50,796 bases of DNA, from IMG/VR virus record IMGVR_UViG_3300023210_000014, positions 1 to 50,796 of that record; one strand, given 5' to 3'. Source of the stretch: a virus. Lineage: Duplodnaviria; Heunggongvirae; Uroviricota; Caudoviricetes. The translations under genes and the position numbers were made by a program. A model generated the notes under the pieces. It was not told the DNA's origin. It searched no databases and was given only the letters and a program-made list of their open reading frames with translations. The number at the start of each line of letters is the position of its first letter. Position 1 is the stretch's first letter. This document shows, one piece after another, positions 43,883 through 50,796 of this stretch.

Positions 43883-44200
43883 ATGCCAGTTTGTAAAAAA
43901 TGTTTTAAAGTATTCAAGACTATCACGCCATCACACGTTAGAGTAAAACATGGTTATGATTCATTGGAAGCTTACACGAAAGACACGGTTGATATTGAAA
44001 TCCCAGCAGAAATGCAAAAAGAGGACGATATTTTGAGAGAAGAGCTTAGAAAAAAAAGATCAGAAAAAATGCTTAAACGCAATCCAAATTATGACCCCAA
44101 TATAACATCTGAGGAAGATGAAACGATTGATTCTATAGATGAAAAAAGCACTTTAGCTGGGGCCTTACAGGCAGGATTTAAGAGAACAAGGAGACAATAA
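43883..44200 (+). CDS. C2H2-like zinc-finger small protein
   Basis: CKKC...ITPSHVRVKHG...Y. Confidence 0.6.
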   Translation: MPVCKKCFKVFKTITPSHVRVKHGYDSLEAYTKDTVDIEIPAEMQKEDDILREELRKKRSEKMLKRNPNYDPNITSEEDETIDSIDEKSTLAGALQAGFKRTRRQ

Positions 44201-44518
44201 ATGAAATCAATTAGAGAAATGATGGAACTGGTTGAAAAACCTGTTTTACAGGAAGCAAAATATGACATGTCTGATCCAGAAGAAGTATCCGATATGGCTA
44301 GGAAAACAAATGTTTATAAAAAGCTATTTGGAAAAGATTTTGTTACTACTGATGAAACCAGAGAAAATGGAATTGGTAGTGCCAAAGAAAAAAAATTAAT
44401 TAAGTGGCTTAAATCTGTATCAACTTTACCCAAGGACGATCGATATGTGAAAAACTGGGATGATTTCATATCTCATTTCCTCGAAGATTTTTTCTATAGA
44501 CAAGATCCGGAGATGTAA
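44201..44518 (+). CDS. putative internal head protein with MKSIREMM leader
   Basis: Leader shared with 44999. Confidence 0.65.
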   Translation: MKSIREMMELVEKPVLQEAKYDMSDPEEVSDMARKTNVYKKLFGKDFVTTDETRENGIGSAKEKKLIKWLKSVSTLPKDDRYVKNWDDFISHFLEDFFYRQDPEM

Positions 44519-45012
44519 TGGCTGACGGACTACCAATCTTCTTTGGCGATGCAGAAGAGAAATTCTTTAACAATGCTGGTCGCGAATTAATCGAGAGATT
44601 TATCAATCAGCATTTGGTTTTGTATTCTATCAGTTCTAAAGAAACTGAGTCCAATTTCTATGGTGAAGCTAAAAATAAAATGTATGACAAATACACTGAT
44701 TTAAAAGCTAGAATCAGAATTGAAGATCAAGACGTGTTTGCCCAAGGTGGGGTTCGTCGAGTTGCGAAAAGCGATATGACGTGCTGGATCTATAATGAAC
44801 ACTTGAAAGAAGAAGGTGTCAAACCAAGAATTGGTGATTTCATCGGCTATGCAGGTAAATTTTACGAGATTTATGATGCAGGGATTGAAAAAGATTCACT
44901 CGAACGTAAATTCGCAGGTGATAGAGAATACTTTACAGAAATCAGGGCAAAAGTAACAAGTCCAGATATTTTTAAATCAATAGAAGGGAATTTAGAAAAT
45001 GAAAACAATTAG
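44518..45012 (+). CDS. gp14: neck/head-closure protein (gp14-like)
   Basis: ELIERFINQ..VLY, NFYGEA, PRIGDFI.YAG..YEI. Confidence 0.75.
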   Translation: MADGLPIFFGDAEEKFFNNAGRELIERFINQHLVLYSISSKETESNFYGEAKNKMYDKYTDLKARIRIEDQDVFAQGGVRRVAKSDMTCWIYNEHLKEEGVKPRIGDFIGYAGKFYEIYDAGIEKDSLERKFAGDREYFTEIRAKVTSPDIFKSIEGNLENENN

Positions 45013-45328
45013 AGAAATGATGGATTTGGTTGATAAACCAATGTTAACAGAAACAAAAGCTGAAGATGCTGCTACAAACTATGGCTATGAACTAGTTAAA
45101 GATGCACACACATTGAAAGATGTTCAGAAAGAATTCAAATCTGCAAAAATATATAGTGATGACGGCATAAATGTTTGGGTTAGTTTGGGAGTAGGGGTTA
45201 AACGTAGAAAGCTGTTTGTTCGATTTACATATCGAAAGAAAGCTGGCGTAAAGGGCAATAGCTGGGATCTAGAACCAAGTGATTTCGATAAGTCGAAATT
45301 TGATTATGCAGCTATTGAGTTTAGATAG
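44999..45328 (+). CDS. putative internal head protein with MKTIREMM leader
   Basis: Leader shared with 44201. Confidence 0.65.
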   Translation: MKTIREMMDLVDKPMLTETKAEDAATNYGYELVKDAHTLKDVQKEFKSAKIYSDDGINVWVSLGVGVKRRKLFVRFTYRKKAGVKGNSWDLEPSDFDKSKFDYAAIEFR

Positions 45329-45331
45329 AAC

Positions 45332-45778
45332 ATGTATCAACTTGATATAAATAAGGGCGACATTATGCTCAAAGGCAAATATCGCAACAAAAAAGAAGTT
45401 GTGAAAACTTTTGGACACGATGAAAAAGGTCAACCAACTATAAATGGCAAACGTATTTGCAATTTCAATATTGAAAAACTATTACCAAAGAAAGAGATCA
45501 AAGAGACAATGAAAAAATCAGAACTGAAAGAAATCATCAAAGAATGCATTCAAGAAGTTGGAATTGGAAGTCAAGGCTTTTCAGATCGTGAAGAGTCAGA
45601 CGATACTATTGAAGAAATGTCAGATCCAGAAAATGACAAGAAAGCTGCAAAGTTTTTGCGTGATGCTTTATCTGGATTGAACAACGCTGCCCGGGCGGCA
45701 AACAAAAATACAATTGATGGAAAAGAAATCAGAAAATTATATGCACAAGCGAAAAAGATTTACGACGGGATGAAGTAA
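45332..45778 (+). CDS. hypothetical protein with internal MKKSELK leader
   Basis: N-domain DINKGD..L.GKYRNKK..V...G.DEKGQPTING, then MKKSELKEIIKECIQE at 45509. Confidence 0.7.
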   Translation: MYQLDINKGDIMLKGKYRNKKEVVKTFGHDEKGQPTINGKRICNFNIEKLLPKKEIKETMKKSELKEIIKECIQEVGIGSQGFSDREESDDTIEEMSDPENDKKAAKFLRDALSGLNNAARAANKNTIDGKEIRKLYAQAKKIYDGMK

Positions 45779-46272
45779 TGAAAAAATCGGAATTGAAACA
45801 ATTAATTTCAGAGTGTATTTCTGAAATCTTGACAGAAGATAAAACTGCAGAGATTAAAAAAGAATATGCAGCTCTCAAGAAAATGAAAAAGTCAGCACTT
45901 GATGCTGAGTATCAGAGACACTTTAGAGTTTCAACGCCAAAAGGTGAACCCAAGGATGTATTAATATCTGATATTCTCGGAGAGAAATTTAATTCAAAAG
46001 ACATAGAAAAAGCGTTTGGATTAACGGAGGGCAATCTTACTGAGGGTCGTATGTCAGCTAAAAAACAGGCTGAAAGTATTGCTAGCGATCTAACAACTGA
46101 CACATGGGGTTACGGTTATGATGAATATAAATATGTCGATGATGAAATGGGCATTGATATTTCAGATGCATACTTAGCGTTAAAAATGGCATGGTCAGCG
46201 GGTTGGGATGGTTTTGAAACTGCAGTCGCAAAAGAACTAACAAAACGGTTTAAAAGTGCTGGGATGAAGTAA
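45778..46272 (+). CDS. putative internal head protein with MKKSELK leader
   Basis: MKKSELKQLISECISEILTE; internal LTEGNLTEG. Confidence 0.7.
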   Translation: MKKSELKQLISECISEILTEDKTAEIKKEYAALKKMKKSALDAEYQRHFRVSTPKGEPKDVLISDILGEKFNSKDIEKAFGLTEGNLTEGRMSAKKQAESIASDLTTDTWGYGYDEYKYVDDEMGIDISDAYLALKMAWSAGWDGFETAVAKELTKRFKSAGMK

Positions 46273-46994
46273 TGTCAAAATTTCCACCTGGATATGTTCC
46301 AGCACCATTTGAAAAAACAGAATGGCCATTTGAGAAAAATCAACTAGAGGAACAACAAACGTTCTTTCCTAGGTCGATTACCTTTGAAGATATTGATAAG
46401 GGTATGATGAAATGGTTTAGCGATGGAAAAATATCGATTGAAGGAAAAGATGTTCCTGTATTTTATTTGACTCCAGAAAAATGGGCCGAATTTAAACATA
46501 CTTGGTCTTATAGTGATGGGAATCACAATATCAAGTTTCCATATATTACAATTAGAAGATCTCTTGCACCAAAATTAGGTGAAAGAGGTAGGGTTTTTCC
46601 AGGAAAGACTTTTACAACTTATCGATTGCCTTATTATGACAATGGCACAGTAACACATAAGCTATACAAGGTTCCACAACCAATAAGAGTGGACTTAGAA
46701 TATGAGATTAGATGTTTAACTCACTATGTTAGTGATATAAATATCATCAATGAAGCACTTTTGCGGCATTTTGCGAGTCTACAGTCGTATTTAGAGATAC
46801 CAGACAAACATTACATGCCAATGAAGATCGAGGGAATTAGTGATGAATCTGATTTCGAAGATCTTGAGGACGAACGCGTGATTCACACTTTGTACTCAAT
46901 TGTTGTACAGGGTTATATTATTAATGAAGACGAATTCGAAGAAAAATTAGGAATTGGTTCGTTGAAAACAACGATTACCGAGGAACTAAGTTAA
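46272..46994 (+). CDS. gp15: tail terminator/sheath stabiliser (gp15-like)
   Basis: ITFEDIDKG, VPVFYLTPEKWA, FPYITIRR, PQPIRVDLEYEI. Confidence 0.75.
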   Translation: MSKFPPGYVPAPFEKTEWPFEKNQLEEQQTFFPRSITFEDIDKGMMKWFSDGKISIEGKDVPVFYLTPEKWAEFKHTWSYSDGNHNIKFPYITIRRSLAPKLGERGRVFPGKTFTTYRLPYYDNGTVTHKLYKVPQPIRVDLEYEIRCLTHYVSDINIINEALLRHFASLQSYLEIPDKHYMPMKIEGISDESDFEDLEDERVIHTLYSIVVQGYIINEDEFEEKLGIGSLKTTITEELS

Positions 46995-47013
46995 TGACAA
47001 GAGAGGATAATTA

Positions 47014-49311
47014 ATGTCAGAAATTTTCATTTCACCAGGCGTCTACACGAGAGAATATGACTATTCATATTACGTATCAAGTGTAAGCACATCATCTCTT
47101 GCAATTGTAGGAGAGACTGAAGCTGGCCCAGCATTTAAGCCAACTAAGATCTCCAACATTGCAGAGTTTAAAGAAAAATTTGGTCCACTTAGTACATCTA
47201 AGTTGGCTGGATATTGCGCGAGAAGCTATTTTAAATATGCTAATCAAGCATACATTGTTAGAGTATTAGGTTCAGATTCCCTTCGTGGAGCAAATAACCT
47301 GATCGCTATCAAATCAGATGCAGATGCAACTCTTGCAGTTTTACTAGTTGAATCAACTGTAGATTCAATCGCAGTTACTAATACAGCTTCAACTGATATT
47401 GCTGCAGCATCAACCTCTGACCTATGGTTAGAATTAGGAACAACTGCATCACCAACTTCAGTTTATGAAGGATGGGTAAACCTTTACAATGAAAACTCAC
47501 CAGTTTATATCGGTGCAGTTTTCCCAAGAGAGAGTGAATGTCTTGCAGCTTCAGGAACAACTGCTGCTGGAGCTCACCAAGCCGGTGCAGCACTTCAGTT
47601 TGTATTCCCAAAAGCTATGGGCGATGCAGTTATGCTAGATCCAGATAGTGGATCAACTCATACATTCTCTGCCCCAATCGATACTTTCATCGTTTCAGGA
47701 TATACTGGATCTCAATCTCCACAAATTGTTGGGGAAGAGTCCGGTGGACGTGGTAAACCACTGTTCACAGTATATTCACAATCCGATGGAGAATATGCAA
47801 ATAAATCAATCAAGGTTGAAATTGCAGATATCGATGATACTGAATTTACTTTCTCTCTACTTGTTAGAGATTTTAGTGACACAAATGCTCAACCAATCAT
47901 ATTGGAAAAATTCACTAAGCTTTCATTAACTAAAAATTCTGATAGCTATATTGAACGAGCAATTGGTGACAATGTAGATGAAGAAATTGCTTCCTATACA
48001 TTGATTTCAAATTACATTTATGTGCAATGTGCACAAAATGATACAGGTCAACTGAGTAACAATCTTCCATATGGTTTTAATGACCATGTTGGATCTGCTA
48101 CTGAGTTTGGCAATTTCCCTGAATTGGGAATGAACACAACTTATGGCTCTGCATCTATTCGTAGACAATCACTTGGACTGAGTGTTGAAGACACTAATCT
48201 CGATTCTCTTATGGTTAATCATGGCTCACAACGTAACATTGGCTCAACTGGAGATACTTTGATTAAGGGATTCCACCTAAACAGTGGTGCTTTTGCAACT
48301 TATTATCAAACTGGACCAAGTGCATTGGGTAGCACAGGATATACAAAATTCAATTCGAAATTTGTTGTTCCTATGATTGGCGGAAATGATGGTTGGGCAA
48401 ATGATGATACAGTAAGAGAACTTCTAAATCCAGATAACGCTCCTTCCACGGGTAGCACTGGTATTGCATATCAACGTGCATTTAATACTATTGCCTCAAC
48501 AGAGGAATATGATATTAATTTACTGGCTGTGCCTGGTGTGGCTATCTCATCTGGAATTGGTGAAGCTGCTATTGATCTTGTACAAGCTCGTTAAGATTGC
48601 TTCTATGTTGGAGATATGCCGAACACTGCAGATTCTGCAGAAAGTGCAGTAACTAAGATTTCCTCATTGGATTCAAATTATGCTGCTACTTACTGGCCAT
48701 ATGTTAAAATCTATGATTCTGACACACGTGAAGAAGTGCTAATCCCACCAACACCACAAGTGCTTGAATCTATTGCATATACAGATCAGAATTCATATCC
48801 ATGGTTTGCACCAGCAGGTATGAACAGAGGGCTCCTGAGTGATGTTATTCGTACTGAATATAAATTGACTCAGGATGACCGCGATACTTTGTATGCAAGT
48901 AAGATTAATCCTATTGCCACTTTGCCTGGCCAAGGCTATGCAATTTGGGGTCAAAAGACTCTTCAGACAAGAACAACTGCACTTGATAGAATCAACGTTC
49001 GTAGAATGATGATCTATGTAGAAAAGATTATTGCTGGTGTTACTTTGTATCTCGTATTCGAACAAAATGATGCTAAGACTAGAGATCGTTTCCTGAATAT
49101 GGTTCAGCCTATTCTTGATCGAGTTAAAATTAAGCAAGGTCTTTATGACTTTAGAGTTATCTGTGATGAAACTAATAACTCACCTGACATGGTAGATCGA
49201 GGACAAATGAACGGTGACATCTGGCTGAAACCAACTAAGAGTGCGGAAGCAATCAAAATTGGATTTAACTTGATGAGCACAGGAGCTTCATTCGACGAAG
49301 TCGAAGGTTAA
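47014..49311 (+). CDS. gp18: tail sheath protein interrupted by in-frame TAA at 48592-48594
   Basis: ISPGVYTREYD N-terminus; R*DCFYVGD across the stop; SNYAATYWP, PWFAPAG..RG, WGQKTLQ...ALDRINVRR. Confidence 0.9.
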
Positions 49312-49319
49312 ATAAATTT

Positions 49320-49339
49320 GGGGGATCGCAAGGTCCCCC
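49320..49339 (+). terminator. GC-rich hairpin after sheath gene
   Basis: GGGGGATC-GCAA-GGTCCCCC; no T-tract. Confidence 0.55.
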
Positions 49340-49373
49340 AATTCAATAAGCTAACAATTGAAAGGAATGAGAA

Positions 49374-49574
49374 ATGAAAAAATCAGAACTGAAAGAGATC
49401 ATTAAAGAGGTAATTCAAGAAGAAGTTTCTCCAAAAAGAGAAAAACTAGCTGAAAAATTGTATGAAACTTTTCTGAAATCATTGGCGAAAAATAAAATGT
49501 ATTATGATTCACATCATGGAGAACTCACAATAAAAGATGAAGAAACTGGTGATGAATTATATTGGATAAGTTAA
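49374..49574 (+). CDS. small protein with MKKSELK leader
   Basis: MKKSELKEIIKEVIQEEV. Confidence 0.7.
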   Translation: MKKSELKEIIKEVIQEEVSPKREKLAEKLYETFLKSLAKNKMYYDSHHGELTIKDEETGDELYWIS

Positions 49575-49602
49575 CAAAAATAACACCTGAAAGGTTATAT
49601 AA

Positions 49603-50406
49603 ATGAACGATCAAAACAACATAGCAAATATTAGACCGGTGAGCTCCTCAACTGAATTCGAAATTCCATTCGATATAGTTGAGTTGCCTTCAAAAGGTTT
49701 AGTTTATCCAAAAGGTTCAAAGTTACATGGTAAAGACTCTCTAGAGGTTCAATATCTTACCGCGACACAAGAAGACATCTTAACGTCTCCGAATTTAATT
49801 CAAACCGGTAAAATGATTCCTGCACTTATCAAAAGTGTAATGAGGGATAGAACAATCGATGTTAATGAATTGATTCTAGGAGATAGAAACACAATTCTGA
49901 TTTGGCTTCGGTCAACCGGATATGGTGCAGATTATCCCGTTCGATTGCAATGCAGTGAATGCAATGCACAATATGAATATGAATTTGACTTGTCAGCTTT
50001 TGATATCAAAACATTAGCTGTAACACCAGATGAAAATGGATATTTTTCATTCACTCTTCCAGTTACAAAAAAAGAGATTAAATTTAGATTTATGACTGGG
50101 AAAGATGAGTCTGAAATTGCAAATGCTATTTCCTCTCGTAGAAAGAAACTTAAGAGTCAGATAGATCCATCCCTTACAATGAAGATGCAAAAGCTAATTC
50201 AATCAATTGATGGTAACGAAGACAAAGGCGACATTCGTAAATTTATTGCAATGATGCCAGTTAAAGATTCAAAAGCATTTCGTCAATATCTATTAGAGAT
50301 TGAACCTGGTGTAGAAATGAAACAAGATGCTGTATGTTCTTCATGTGGGGAAGTAACCGAGGAGGTTGTGCCTATCCAGCCCAACTTTTTTTGGCCTGAC
50401 TCCTGA
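49603..50406 (+). CDS. T4 gp26-like baseplate hub/tail assembly chaperone
   Basis: VELPSKGLVYP, TATQEDIL, GDRNTILIWLRSTGYG, two CxxC, ends NFFWPDS. Confidence 0.8.
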   Translation: MNDQNNIANIRPVSSSTEFEIPFDIVELPSKGLVYPKGSKLHGKDSLEVQYLTATQEDILTSPNLIQTGKMIPALIKSVMRDRTIDVNELILGDRNTILIWLRSTGYGADYPVRLQCSECNAQYEYEFDLSAFDIKTLAVTPDENGYFSFTLPVTKKEIKFRFMTGKDESEIANAISSRRKKLKSQIDPSLTMKMQKLIQSIDGNEDKGDIRKFIAMMPVKDSKAFRQYLLEIEPGVEMKQDAVCSSCGEVTEEVVPIQPNFFWPDS

Positions 50407-50578
50407 ACATAAACAATATTTATTAGAAGAATTATTTCAATTGGCCTTCCATGGGAAAATAAGTATGGGAGAAGCACAACGACTTCCAGTTTATCACCGA
50501 AAATGGTTAATCAATCGAATAATAAAAGAATACAAATCAATCAATGAAAAACAAAGACTTGCTATGAAAGGAAAATAA
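50387..50578 (+). CDS. gp51-like chaperone extension, probably reached by +1 frameshift
   Basis: FFGLT...LEELFQLAFHG...LPVYHRKWLI; no own RBS/ATG; opens on a T7 run. Confidence 0.6.
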   Translation, partial: FFGLTPEHKQYLLEELFQLAFHGKISMGEAQRLPVYHRKWLINRIIKEYKSINEKQRLAMKGK

Positions 50579-50580
50579 TA

Positions 50581-50796
50581 ATGGCAGAAGGAATTTATAG
50601 CTCACATATGAGTTGTTGGGAAAGAAATAAAAAGGGACTGAAAGCAGATAATGCTGGTCCAACAACAATCAAAGAGGATGTTGAACAGCCAGTTGCACCT
50701 ACGGTAATTGGTGAAGTTGTTCATGCTCCATTGGTACCCGTACTTAATGAGGTTGATGAGTCAGAAGAAGATTCAGAAGAAGCTCCTATAGTTTAT
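50581..50796 (+). CDS. hypothetical protein, 3'-truncated by window edge
   Basis: AAAGGA RBS; open to window end. Confidence 0.6.
   Translation, partial: MAEGIYSSHMSCWERNKKGLKADNAGPTTIKEDVEQPVAPTVIGEVVHAPLVPVLNEVDESEEDSEEAPIVY

Noticed and set aside
1-50796. CRISPR array or stop-codon reassignment
   Set aside because: No regularly spaced repeats with unique spacers; TAA, TAG and TGA all end genes with coupled downstream starts

Overview
AT-rich, entirely + strand window of a large lytic T4-superfamily myophage with a 'Far-T4'/RM378-like head-tail gene order; genetic code 11; sigma70-type promoters and AGGAG Shine-Dalgarno sites. (i) 1-2.4 kb: RNA ligase 2 and a phosphoesterase. (ii) 2.5-7.1 kb: array of about 22 tRNA genes (19 amino acids, no Arg) interleaved with many structured non-coding spacers. 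These include two apparently circularly permuted tRNA-like genes (3' half before 5' half, opened at the anticodon loop), other tRNA mimics and a ~400-nt pseudoknotted ncRNA candidate. (iii) 7.1-33.2 kb: early/accessory cassettes behind 12 near-identical promoters and a family of palindromic intergenic elements. They encode ATP-dependent DNA ligase, NAD+ salvage (Nampt, Nmnat, Nudix), an AAA+ ATPase, RtcB, a GIY-YIG endonuclease, DUF3310 and DUF932 proteins and exported Fn3 proteins, plus an inserted late island of fibre/beta-helix genes. (iv) 33.5-50.8 kb: terminase, portal, prohead protease, scaffold, major capsid, neck, tail terminator, sheath (interrupted by an in-frame TAA) and a chaperone pair joined by a likely +1 frameshift. 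Eight putative internal head proteins share two families of N-terminal leader peptide. All calls come from manual motif reading and base-pairing inspection; no database search or folding program was run.
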